A stretch of 64,000 nt of DNA, taken from Bdellovibrio sp. GTDB taxonomy: Bacteria > Bdellovibrionota > Bdellovibrionia > Bdellovibrionales > Bdellovibrionaceae. Shown here piece by piece: positions 41,601 to 49,513 of this stretch. The stretch lies in contig JAKFBS010000003.1 of NCBI GenBank assembly GCA_036677065.1, positions 96,001 to 160,000 on the forward strand, given 5' to 3'. Numbering within the stretch: position 1 is the first letter of the stretch; each line of letters starts with the position of its first letter. Made by a program: the position numbers and the translations under genes. The notes under the pieces were generated by a model, which was not told where the DNA came from, ran no database searches, and saw only the letters and a list, made by a program, of their open reading frames with translations.

Positions 41601-42201
41601 TAATTTCGGTATTTTTTATACTGAAGCTTCGCCTGATAAAATTTCTTTTTCACCAAATGGTGGTGGAGTGTCGACGCCGACAATGGTGGTTTATGGAACA
41701 AACGTGGGTATTGGTGTATCAGCGCCAGCATACCAGCTACAGTTGTCGACAGATTCTGCGGCAAAACCTGGAACAAGCACTTGGACAATTGCCTCTGATG
41801 AACGTCTTAAAGATATTCGCGCTCCGTTTACTCGCGGCATCGCCGCTTTAAATGGTTTGAACACAGTTTATTTTAATTACAAACAAGATAATCCTCTTGG
41901 TCTTCCATCCAGCAAAGAGTTTGTGGGTATCAAAGCTCAGGATGTGTTGAAAGTTATTCCTGAAGCAGTGGCGCAGGATGATGCCGGTTATTTTCATGTT
42001 ACCAATGACTCGATTATTTGGACGGCAGTAAATGCTATTAAAGAAATTTATCAAAAGTTGATCGGTGTCGAAGTTGAAATAAAAAATCTTAAAGTAGAGA
42101 ACGCTGTTAAAGATCGTAAAATCCAAAGTCTTGAACAAGAAAATGCGGCGATTAAAGCTTATCTTTGCAGTAAAGATCCTGCGGCTCCGATTTGTAAATA
42201 A
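35692..42201 (+). CDS. phage-tail-fibre-like secreted trimeric adhesin with C-terminal S74 intramolecular chaperone
   Basis: Signal-like N-terminus then TTYQAKIIKPDG; many GNVGIGT.SP repeats; SDERLKD…GIKAQDV..VIPEAV…AIKE at 41794-42198 then coiled coil. Confidence 0.85.
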   Translation: MERTCRQNKILNHNYFLFFVFTLLNMAFAFAGPSRTTYQAKIIKPDGYPLEASTVNFKFTILDPVGSCILYAETYSNVNMGSTAGLVSFSLGSGVRTFPVSGSTFEQVFSNTTASLPCDAGGPGTYSPLATDTRRVVMQFHDGNGWQTLPAMTINAVPYAMYANDSLKFSGKDITDFVQVASLPTCTASEAVRFNGAGFSCVAVGNPNVSVTSSSVIAALGYTPADGADVTSTLSSVSSTVFSVSSTVTSLQNSVTASFATITSSQWIASGTSISYSSGNVGIGTSDPQRRFVVRADSNGTLTNSAFYNGDTTNNNAVVLSLRTDTTGSSAVAFHQAAGISVIVTEHNHNTRNANLGFYTDSASSPSALRMNITGTGNVGIGLANPITKLDVAGGVRLGAEAATCSAAYAGTLRYNSGVVEYCNGTTWVTFGVSGAGILAINGLVSGSQTFALGASGVAPNVSSTGTVHTFNFPLASTAATTAGLISYNDYLNFSNKQSATSAAVVATLGYTPANVVSVTTLSSTISSLSVTTAASFAAITSSQWVSSGSTIHYNNGNVGIGTTSPNSKLHVGYSVVNDAVNTLASFGYSTLQNRSINIQSIGNFSTNDQYILLSGTLGSGSVVGTPTLTSAFAPSFGLEANNTGMSLITANWGTDMAPVRALTVAPTGNVGIGTSSPTQKLQVQDGKILATGAGGFYQVGADTSDSNLGKVSFHGTSTNTTGQYWTGLAYSNGSGWMSVGGGTSLNLYLDSGSSPSYGSHVFRKVGWDGSNRTLTEQMRLDYLGNLGLGVANPTAKLHLTSGTSVTAALRFTASTLTTAAQTGAMEYDGANFYLTDASNNRRAIATGSSSGSIDNASIINSTGNISMVPVGSVIVSSTTSSTSTSTGALIVKGGAGIAGDINVGGSITGSNTGQIDFAGNLGDGSGGMRLSSVGSVDVAIDTDNNDTIRQFRVMTNGSDRASATTLMAVTEAGNVGIGTTAPLVALDVVGTFRLATSVSSASNIEMGNMIYGSLNPGVSTSNGAYIQGPSNGSLVVDIRNNQIDDAFAIRYSASNTGVVDSIGMVLNGQGRMGIGTSSPTRVLEVFQADTSTELGAFINANSVSNTTAGALVRIHNTSPVDNKTVFRLGKRNSADTLFNYGDFRLNNAGDIEFAVGTGTPSLSVPEMVLSSGGNLGIGTSAPASRLHVFDNGPVLLTLERQNNQNSLIEYKNSLGSIYAGQINGTTSWGVGSGLDLGVTGIFQVTNTGRVYIGGTITPTARLHITPGTSSVAPLKLGLGVLLTSPQSGTIEYDGTDYYVTDNSGIRRTIATATTGGVLTNTNTVSSTSGIVLWPAAGNSVTVSSTVASTNSSTGALIVNGGAGIAGALNVGGIISGSAIIKGTGFRANQGAPDAGDSSTVGYAFGADGDTGIFSPGSGSANGQLSFYSNNGERMRMTASGALGIGQIPTAQLHVFENTTLGTGFGSYDLNNAVLRVQEAAGNGLFVDGNSILSDVAGGFSVGTIQAQPIIFGTSDTERMRLNANGNVGIGATNPNRMLHIATSGNSTGVLIEDNVAANTAPYLEIRGNRNDGNIYSNFAGQVVLTKNRTDAAINTGSHLGRLAFGGNHTDGNITNIGYTASIIGIAEGNFNSAADMPTGIAFLTGDTSNHPSTNNVNIGSERMRITSTGNIGIGTSAPAAKLDVRLGATSSSVIAISESDEQGFVVGGNLIGNGVENRVFIGRTGYSIDSATWNNPLELVSIKANGYVGLGSSNPASILSVEQNTNADTFVNITNNNSGTLARAGVVMTNSGSTYGSNSAGVLLGGVSSTTALNQLALFSNSGIVSGINISASAGGIRLSTGAIERMRVDSTGYVGIGTTSPTAQLQIGKQEAAAGTSGTITRMAIHPYGHTGGPWKIDARDLGADAFLDLNYGAGQVMTFENDGKVGIGTVTPTQKLHVSGSVQINGDIYGGLYGGTRAIWRFSTADPNFGIFYTEASPDKISFSPNGGGVSTPTMVVYGTNVGIGVSAPAYQLQLSTDSAAKPGTSTWTIASDERLKDIRAPFTRGIAALNGLNTVYFNYKQDNPLGLPSSKEFVGIKAQDVLKVIPEAVAQDDAGYFHVTNDSIIWTAVNAIKEIYQKLIGVEVEIKNLKVENAVKDRKIQSLEQENAAIKAYLCSKDPAAPICK

Positions 42202-42249
42202 ACCTAGTTCTGCTGTCTCAATTTCGAACATGGTGATTTATCCAAATCT

Positions 42250-42276
42250 TCATAAAATCGTCAAATGTTCCGATAA
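42250..42276 (+). promoter_or_regulatory. sigma28-type promoter of fibre gene 2
   Basis: TCAT-N15-TCCGATAA. Confidence 0.65.
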
Positions 42277-42283
42277 GTTAAGA

Positions 42284-45200
42284 GTGAAAAGTGGACGTAG
42301 GCAGATTAAGTTTCTGAACCATTACATTTTTATTTTTTTCGTGTTTACGCTGATGAACACGATGTTTGCTTTTGCGGGTCCTTCACGCACCACTTACCAA
42401 GCCAAAATTATTAAACCAGATGGTTATCCTCTTGAAGCTTCAAGCGTAAATTTCAAATTTACAATCTTAGATCCGGTAGGAAGTTGTATTCTGTATTCAG
42501 AAACTTATTCAAGCGTGAATATGTCGGCAACCAGTGGATTAATTTCTTTTGCTTTAGGTTCAGGGGTAAAAACTTATCCTGTTAGTGCAACAACTTTTGA
42601 ACAAGTTTTTTCTAACATCACGCCAAGTCTATCGTGTGATACCGGCGGGCCTGCGAATTATGCTCCGGCGGCGAGTGATAGCCGAAAAATCGTTATGCAA
42701 TTTCATGATGGCAATGGTTGGCAAACATTACCTGCGATGAGCATTAATGCTGTTCCGTACGCGATGTATGCCAATGACTCGTTATTGTTAAATGGCTTAC
42801 AAGCTACTGACTTCGTGCAAGTGTCAGTGGTGCCAACGTGTACAACCAGCGAAGCAATTCGTTACAACGGCACAAGCTTTTTATGTGTGGCTGTCGGCAG
42901 CGGTGGAGCAGTAACTTCTGGTTCAGTGATTTCGGCATTAGGTTACACGCCGGCAGATGGTGTAAGTGTGACAACGCTCACTTCAAATATTTCTACAGTG
43001 TCATCAACAGTATTTTCAGTTTCAAGCACAGTTACCAGTTTACAAAATTCAGTGGCAGCAAGCTTTGCAGCGGTCACAAGTTCGCAGTGGACGACATCCG
43101 GAACAAATATTTTTTATAATACGGGAAATATCGGTATCGGGACAAATGCGCCAAGTGCCGCATTAGAAGTTTCTGGAGGAATTAAACTTAGCGGTGCGAT
43201 AGCTACATTAGATATTCCTGAGACGACATCAACTACTGGTTATATCTCAATCAATGGTGAGCCGTTATTACATGCTTCTGAAGATTATAGTGTTTTCTTA
43301 GGAAGACGTGCCGGTAATCTTGCAGGTACGGGCGTACAGGATACAGGTATCGGTCACAAGGCCCTTAAGAGCATAACTTTCGGATATCAAAACGTGGCTG
43401 TTGGTGATTTTACAATGACTGATATGACAACGGGCGGAGAAAATACCGCAGTGGGCTCAGAGGCTTTAACTAACTCAGTCAGCGGTGTTGGAAATGTTGC
43501 TGTAGGTATTCAAACTCTTATGAATAACATGAGTGACGAAAATACCGTTGTCGGAGCGTACGCTCTCAATCGAGCGGGTAATGGTTCTAAAAATACGGGA
43601 ACCGGTTATGCCGTCATGAATATGCTGACGACAGGATCGAATAACGTCGGCGTCGGATGGATGGCCTTAAGAAATATTGATACAGGAAGTTCTAATATCG
43701 CTATCGGCTATAATGCCGGTTCTAATATCACGACGGGTTCTGGCAATGTGGTTATCGGTGGTAACACGGGAGCTACTTTTGCTACGGATTCAAATAATAT
43801 TTCTATTAACGATGGCGTGGGTAATGAAAGAATTCGCGTCGTTAGCTCTGGCTTAGTGGGTATCGGCACAACAACTCCGGTGACCAAACTAGATGTTTCC
43901 GGTGGAGTGCGTATCGGCGTAGAAACCGCATCGTGTGCCGCTGCTCTTGCCGGAACAATCAGATATAATGCAGGAAATGTTGAATATTGTAATGGCACTT
44001 CATGGTCAGCTTTTGGAGTATCCGGTGCAGGAATTACTAATTTTAACGGATCAACGAGCGGTACACAGTCGTTCGCTACAGGTACAGGGGGCACTGCCCC
44101 GAATTTCAACACTTCAAATGGAGTGCATACATTAAATATTCCGTTAGCTTCAACGGGCTCAGTGACTGCGGGTCTAATTTCAAATACGGATTACGCCACA
44201 TTCACTAATAAATTAAATGCCACAAGTGCTGCGGTGATTTCTGCACTTGGTTATACACCAGCAAATGATGCTGTTTCTGGAAGTTATACACTTAAAGCGA
44301 ATAATTTATCAGATCTTGCATCAGTGACTGCAGCGCGCACAAATTTAGGTCTTGGTGGTTTTGCAACAGCATCAACAATCGATTTAGGTTCAGCCAGTGC
44401 TACTGGAACTTTAGCGATGGCAAGACTGCCAAGCTTTATGGGTGATGCGACGATTGCGGCTGCATCAAATACAATTATTTTTGCTAACAGTGGTGTGACC
44501 AGTGGAATGTACACTAAAGTTTTGGTGAACGCTAAAGGTCTTGTGACCAGCGGAACTCAGTTAACTAATTCTGATATAACAACCGCCTTGGGTTATACTC
44601 CAGCCAATAGTGCGACGATCGTTTCTTCACAATGGAATACTTCAGGAACGACAATCAACTACATGAATGGCAACATCGGTATCGGGACAACGACTCCGCG
44701 TGCACGCCTTGATGTTTCAGGAAGTGTAGCTATTGGAAATCTTGCAGCCAACGATGCAGTCCTAACAATTTATACACGAGATAGTGGATCAGCTTCGCAT
44801 GGGGTTGTCCTTATCGATAAAGACGCTGGCTATGGATCATGGCAAAACCCATCGGGTCTTGACGGGATTGATGCGGATAGTTCGGGAACAGTCACAGGTT
44901 GGGGTCCACTTTATTTAAACTATTATTCAACTGACAATATTGATTTTAATAATGGTGGTGGGTACTCAGCATTTAATGGTCGCGTTTCTGTTGGAACGGG
45001 AGACGCGCCAACAGCGAAACTGTATATTGCAGGAGGAACTTCTTCGACGGCAGCTTTAAAATTCGTTTCTGGCACATTGTTAACTACGCCACAAATAGGA
45101 GCTGTAGAGTATGATGGATTTAATTTTTATATCACCGATGGTACGAGCACTCGCAGAGCTATTACTACTAGCTCTAGCTCTGGAACAATAAATAACGTTA

Positions 45201-47377
45201 ACAACATTAATGCTTCGACTAACATGACGTTGACGCCGGTAGGATCAGTCGTTGTTTCTGCAACGACGGCATCAACTAATTCATCAACCGGAGCATTAAT
45301 TGTGAATGGTGGTGCTGGTATTGCCGGCGCACTGAATGTCAGTGGTATAATTAGTGGTTCAGCGATGATCAAGGGCACAGGTTTTAGAGCTAATCAAGGA
45401 GCACCTGATGCGGCCGATAGTTCAACTGTTGGTTATGCCTTTGGCCAAGATGGTGATACGGGAATTTTTTCGCCAGGTTCTGGTACTGCCAATGGAATCA
45501 TTTCATTTTATAATAACAACGCTGAAACCATGCGAATTAATCCGGGTGCGGTTGGTATCGGAACAAGTAATCCAAGTTTTCCTTTAGATATTCAAGGCAG
45601 TAATGCTTTTCAACAAAGAATCTACCACGCTTCAAATAACGCCAATGATGATGCAGCGATTATGATGACACGTACGCGCGGAACTACATCAGCAGCAGCA
45701 GGTGTGCAAAGTGGCGATTCGATCGGTGGCATGTATTTTAGAGCGCATGATGGCACAAATACAAATACTACCAATGCTTATATTGAAGTTGAAGCGGGTG
45801 AAACGCATTCGCCGACAAATCGCGGATCAATTATGACTTTTGCAAGTACGATTGCAAGTGCTGCGACTAATACAGAAATCATGCGTATTCACTCGAATGG
45901 TTATGTCGGTATCGGTTCAACAGCTCCGAATGCACTTTTACAAGTGGGGCCGACCGGAAGCCAAGCGACAAATTACAATGTCTATGTCGGAAGCTATAAT
46001 AGTTCAGCGGGACAAGGTTCGTATGTTGGTAACTGGGCAAGTAGCGTCTATTGGGGGCTTGGACCTGCAACTGCAGCATCCGATAATACCTTACGTTTAG
46101 GTAATGCCGCTGATCGCATCGGAACTTGGTCAGGAACACAAAATTTAAATTTAGTGATGGGTGGAAATCTTTCTGTGGGTTCGGGCACGGCTGCAACTTA
46201 TAAATTTTTAGCAACGAAAAATTTTAACGGTGTTTCCAGTGAAACAGCCGCGTTTATCGGTGGTACAGATGCTGGCACAGCTAATACGGGTATCTATGTG
46301 GTGCAAAAAGATAATTTAGGTTTATCAACCAATACCAGTTACCTCCTCAATGTAGTTCATAATAACAATTCTAAATTTTTAGTCACTGGCGCAGGTAATG
46401 TTGGTATCGGCACGACGAGTCCAGATAAACAGTTAACAATACACTCAACCGGTGTAGATAATTATATTCACTTAACATCAAGCATGACAGGTACAACAGC
46501 GTTAGACGGGGTGATGATCGGCACAGGGTCTTCTGGTGATGCTGCTTTCTACAATAGGGAAAGTACAAATATGTTATTCTTAACGAGTAATACAGAGCGA
46601 GTGCGAATTGATCCAACTGGCAACGTAGGTATTGGAACAAGTTCGCCGACCGTTGCTTTGGATGTCAAAGGGTGGATGTTGTCGCAACCCACGGGAGCGA
46701 ATAATTCAGGTTTACAAATTGTGACGTCTGGAACTAAAGTGGCCGCGACTGGACATGCGGGATGGGCTATTCGCGGTAACGATATTGTTTCACCTTATAA
46801 TGGAAATGTCGGCGGATCACTTGCTTATGAATCTTGGACGGGAACAGTCGTAACTCAAGTCATGACTTTAACTCCTACGGGTAACATCGGTATCGGAACA
46901 TCATCTCCAACCACCACCTTACACGTTAACGGAACTGTGCGCGTGGTTGACGGTAATCAAGCAGTCGGCCGCATGTTAGCATCTGATGCGAGCGGCAATG
47001 CCGCGTGGAAACAAACTATTATTCACGGCACGATCACTTCGACAGGGAATTCTTCAACAGCGATTGGTCAGCGTGTATCATCAGGTGTGAGTATTACTCT
47101 TCCTCCGGGAAGATGGAGCATCACGGGAATGGGAATTACCTCAGCTGCTTCTTGTCGCGCCGATTTTGGTATTCGCACGTTAGCCGATGCCATAGTGAAA
47201 TATACGCTGATGCCACCGGCCACTGGAGATTTTCAAACTGCGACAGTTACAGGTTACGTAGATATTGCAGTGGCAACGACTTATGAATTATACATTGGCT
47301 CGCGTGCCGCATGTACTTCGACAATTCATGTTGATAATTCGTTATGGGAACTGACCGCAACCGGTGTTGCTTACTAG
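42284..47377 (+). CDS. phage-tail-fibre-like secreted trimeric adhesin without S74 domain
   Basis: Paralogous N-terminus to fibre 1 (start moved to GTG 42284); GNVGIGT repeats; N.A.G..AL 14-residue repeats; NNLSDL…ARTNLG and GVTSG.YTKV.V..KG.VT tail-fibre motifs. Confidence 0.85.
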   Translation: MKSGRRQIKFLNHYIFIFFVFTLMNTMFAFAGPSRTTYQAKIIKPDGYPLEASSVNFKFTILDPVGSCILYSETYSSVNMSATSGLISFALGSGVKTYPVSATTFEQVFSNITPSLSCDTGGPANYAPAASDSRKIVMQFHDGNGWQTLPAMSINAVPYAMYANDSLLLNGLQATDFVQVSVVPTCTTSEAIRYNGTSFLCVAVGSGGAVTSGSVISALGYTPADGVSVTTLTSNISTVSSTVFSVSSTVTSLQNSVAASFAAVTSSQWTTSGTNIFYNTGNIGIGTNAPSAALEVSGGIKLSGAIATLDIPETTSTTGYISINGEPLLHASEDYSVFLGRRAGNLAGTGVQDTGIGHKALKSITFGYQNVAVGDFTMTDMTTGGENTAVGSEALTNSVSGVGNVAVGIQTLMNNMSDENTVVGAYALNRAGNGSKNTGTGYAVMNMLTTGSNNVGVGWMALRNIDTGSSNIAIGYNAGSNITTGSGNVVIGGNTGATFATDSNNISINDGVGNERIRVVSSGLVGIGTTTPVTKLDVSGGVRIGVETASCAAALAGTIRYNAGNVEYCNGTSWSAFGVSGAGITNFNGSTSGTQSFATGTGGTAPNFNTSNGVHTLNIPLASTGSVTAGLISNTDYATFTNKLNATSAAVISALGYTPANDAVSGSYTLKANNLSDLASVTAARTNLGLGGFATASTIDLGSASATGTLAMARLPSFMGDATIAAASNTIIFANSGVTSGMYTKVLVNAKGLVTSGTQLTNSDITTALGYTPANSATIVSSQWNTSGTTINYMNGNIGIGTTTPRARLDVSGSVAIGNLAANDAVLTIYTRDSGSASHGVVLIDKDAGYGSWQNPSGLDGIDADSSGTVTGWGPLYLNYYSTDNIDFNNGGGYSAFNGRVSVGTGDAPTAKLYIAGGTSSTAALKFVSGTLLTTPQIGAVEYDGFNFYITDGTSTRRAITTSSSSGTINNVNNINASTNMTLTPVGSVVVSATTASTNSSTGALIVNGGAGIAGALNVSGIISGSAMIKGTGFRANQGAPDAADSSTVGYAFGQDGDTGIFSPGSGTANGIISFYNNNAETMRINPGAVGIGTSNPSFPLDIQGSNAFQQRIYHASNNANDDAAIMMTRTRGTTSAAAGVQSGDSIGGMYFRAHDGTNTNTTNAYIEVEAGETHSPTNRGSIMTFASTIASAATNTEIMRIHSNGYVGIGSTAPNALLQVGPTGSQATNYNVYVGSYNSSAGQGSYVGNWASSVYWGLGPATAASDNTLRLGNAADRIGTWSGTQNLNLVMGGNLSVGSGTAATYKFLATKNFNGVSSETAAFIGGTDAGTANTGIYVVQKDNLGLSTNTSYLLNVVHNNNSKFLVTGAGNVGIGTTSPDKQLTIHSTGVDNYIHLTSSMTGTTALDGVMIGTGSSGDAAFYNRESTNMLFLTSNTERVRIDPTGNVGIGTSSPTVALDVKGWMLSQPTGANNSGLQIVTSGTKVAATGHAGWAIRGNDIVSPYNGNVGGSLAYESWTGTVVTQVMTLTPTGNIGIGTSSPTTTLHVNGTVRVVDGNQAVGRMLASDASGNAAWKQTIIHGTITSTGNSSTAIGQRVSSGVSITLPPGRWSITGMGITSAASCRADFGIRTLADAIVKYTLMPPATGDFQTATVTGYVDIAVATTYELYIGSRAACTSTIHVDNSLWELTATGVAY

Positions 47378-47503
47378 TAGTTCGTCCAGATCAAACAAGA
47401 TCACTATTAAATAAAATTTAACCTAGTACCAACGTCTTGTTTCGGGATTCCACTTTTCACGAACAAAAAACCTATTGTCGACAATATAACCAACTTTGGT
47501 CGG

Positions 47504-47530
47504 TTTATTAAATTGAGAAAAAACCGATAC
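47504..47530 (+). promoter_or_regulatory. possible sigma28 promoter of the motA-like operon
   Basis: TTTA-N15-ACCGATAC; SD AGGGGAG at 47537-47543. Confidence 0.45.
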
Positions 47531-47549
47531 GTACATAGGGGAGAATCTC

Positions 47550-48389
47550 ATGAATTCATCTGTTTTTATCGGCCTTATCGCGTGTTGTACCGTCGTTTAC
47601 TTCGGTATTATTCACGGTTTAAGTGCTCCGACAATGTTGTTAAATCCGCATGCTCTTATTCTCGTAATGGGCGGAACAGTCGCGATCACACTTTTTTCAT
47701 ACTCGTTTGAAAAAATCTCTGAAGTTTGGAACTTCGTGAACAATGGTTTCTTTTTTAAGAAAACTAAAAAAGACGTTGCCATGATCGAAGATCTTTTAGT
47801 GACTGTGAAAAATTGGTATAACAATTCATGGTATCAAAATTCTAGTAATCACCCCTTTGTAAATGATTCTTTCAGAATTTTAAATGAAGCTGATATCTCT
47901 GCGGCCGATGTGACTCACATTTTACATGCACGCCGTGATGCTGTTTCTAGAAAATACTTTGAAGATGCAAAAGTTTTAAATAACATCGCTAAGTATCCTC
48001 CCCATTTAGGATTACTAGGAGCTTCTTCTGGTATGATTCAGATGATGGTAAGTCTTGGCAAGGGTGGTATCGAAGTTATTGGTGGCGCTATGGCCGTTGC
48101 ATTAACAGCGACTCTTTGGGGTATCTTCTTAAATAACTTTATCTTTTTACCATTATCAGATTCTGCGACTAAAGCTGCAGAAGATGAAATGTATATTCGT
48201 AACATGATCGTTGAAGCCGTGATTTTAATTAAACGCGGACACCCTGAAAAAGTTGTAACAGAAACTGTTGTTTCTCGCTTGTCAGCACCTCAACGTATTG
48301 CGCTTAAATCTAAATTTAAACAATTACAAAATGGCGGAGCGATTCCGGCTTACAAAGGCAAAAAAGGCCAAGCGGATAAAGCAGCATAA
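47550..48389 (+). CDS. MotA/TolQ/ExbB-family proton-channel subunit (MotA-like)
   Basis: N.HALILVMGGT; HPF; P.LGLLG…GMIQM; MAVALTATLWG….N.IFLP; four TM-like segments. Confidence 0.85.
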   Translation: MNSSVFIGLIACCTVVYFGIIHGLSAPTMLLNPHALILVMGGTVAITLFSYSFEKISEVWNFVNNGFFFKKTKKDVAMIEDLLVTVKNWYNNSWYQNSSNHPFVNDSFRILNEADISAADVTHILHARRDAVSRKYFEDAKVLNNIAKYPPHLGLLGASSGMIQMMVSLGKGGIEVIGGAMAVALTATLWGIFLNNFIFLPLSDSATKAAEDEMYIRNMIVEAVILIKRGHPEKVVTETVVSRLSAPQRIALKSKFKQLQNGGAIPAYKGKKGQADKAA

Positions 48390-48391
48390 TT

Positions 48392-49513
48392 ATGAATCAA
48401 GACGAAAACAACTCTATACCAATTGATGATCAAAACGTTTCCGAAGCAGACACTGCTTCGGGTTTCGAATTTGATCCCAAGCCACATGCTGTAGAAAATC
48501 ATGGTCAAGACGATCATTTTGATTCTGCCTTTGGCGGCGGTCACGGCGCGGGTAATGCCCATGCCGGTGGCGGTGGCCATGGTACTGAGATGGGTTGGTT
48601 AGTAAGTTATGCGGATATGATGACCTTGTTATTTGGTCTGTTCGTGTTGTTATACACAATGTCTTCTACGACCTCGAAAGGTCAGATGGAAGAACAAATG
48701 AAAAAAATCTCTGAAGAAGCTTTTGGCGGGGCGATTAGTGCTACTGACCTTAAAGAAGTTTCTCCGGATCAAATGGTTGAAAAACTTTTAGAAAAAAACA
48801 AACAGTTAGCCAAAGATTTACAAAAATCTCAGGAAATCGTTGAAGTTAAAAAAGATCTTACAGTTACAGAAACTGAAAAGAAACAGTTAGAGCAAAAAAT
48901 CGACGAATTACAAAAACGTATGCAAGAGCAGTTAACTGTTCAGACTGAACAAACTAAAGAAGTTGAAGAACAAAAGCGCCAGTTAGCTTCTGTGAATGAC
49001 ACTTCGGTAAAAGTTCAGACTGTGACGATTGAAAATCAAAAGATTAAACAAGAATTAGAAAAAACAATTCAAAAACAAAAAGAGTTAGTTGAGAAAATGA
49101 AGGATATGATCCCGAAAGATCAAATCACGCAAAATCCAAACAATTTTTTAATGATCAGTACGACATGGGCTTCTGAAAAGCATGATATCGATTTAGAAAT
49201 CATTGATGTGAATAATAAAAAATTCAATTTTAAGAAAAAAAGCTACGGTGGGGTTGACGGTCAATTTGAAATTGATAGCCGTTATGGCCCGGGTTTAGAA
49301 ATGTGGAAAACACCTAAATTACAAGCTGGCAAATACAAAGTAAAAGTCACTCTTTACAATACCAACGGTAACGATGCTCCTGCAGAAGTGCAAGCCAGTG
49401 TGATTACTGTGACTGAAAACTTAAAACTTCCAATGATTACTTTATCTAAAACAGACAAAACAAAAGAAGTTCGAATTAACGTCGACGAAAAGGGTAAGAT
49501 AACGCTTGAGTAA
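48392..49513 (+). CDS. MotB-like subunit: MotB TM + coiled coil + YfaP/DUF2135-like domain (no OmpA domain)
   Basis: WLVSYADMMTLLFGLFVLL with Asp75; long E/K/Q heptad region; W….DIDLEI.D…G.FEIDSRYGPGLE…GKYKV.V.LY. Confidence 0.8.
   Translation: MNQDENNSIPIDDQNVSEADTASGFEFDPKPHAVENHGQDDHFDSAFGGGHGAGNAHAGGGGHGTEMGWLVSYADMMTLLFGLFVLLYTMSSTTSKGQMEEQMKKISEEAFGGAISATDLKEVSPDQMVEKLLEKNKQLAKDLQKSQEIVEVKKDLTVTETEKKQLEQKIDELQKRMQEQLTVQTEQTKEVEEQKRQLASVNDTSVKVQTVTIENQKIKQELEKTIQKQKELVEKMKDMIPKDQITQNPNNFLMISTTWASEKHDIDLEIIDVNNKKFNFKKKSYGGVDGQFEIDSRYGPGLEMWKTPKLQAGKYKVKVTLYNTNGNDAPAEVQASVITVTENLKLPMITLSKTDKTKEVRINVDEKGKITLE

Noticed and set aside
42131..42283. ORF-track N-terminal extension of fibre gene 2 overlapping fibre gene 1
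   Set aside because: Parallel with fibre 1 and the promoter position place the start at GTG 42284
35692..47377. Prophage (tail fibre genes)
   Set aside because: No capsid, terminase, baseplate or integrase genes; the proteins have signal-like N-termini and host sigma28-like promoters
47550..49513. Zorya (ZorA/ZorB) or an ordinary extra flagellar stator
   Set aside because: No long ZorA cytoplasmic tail, no OmpA domain in the B subunit, no ZorC/D/E; also lacks the FliG-contact motif and PG anchor of a flagellar stator
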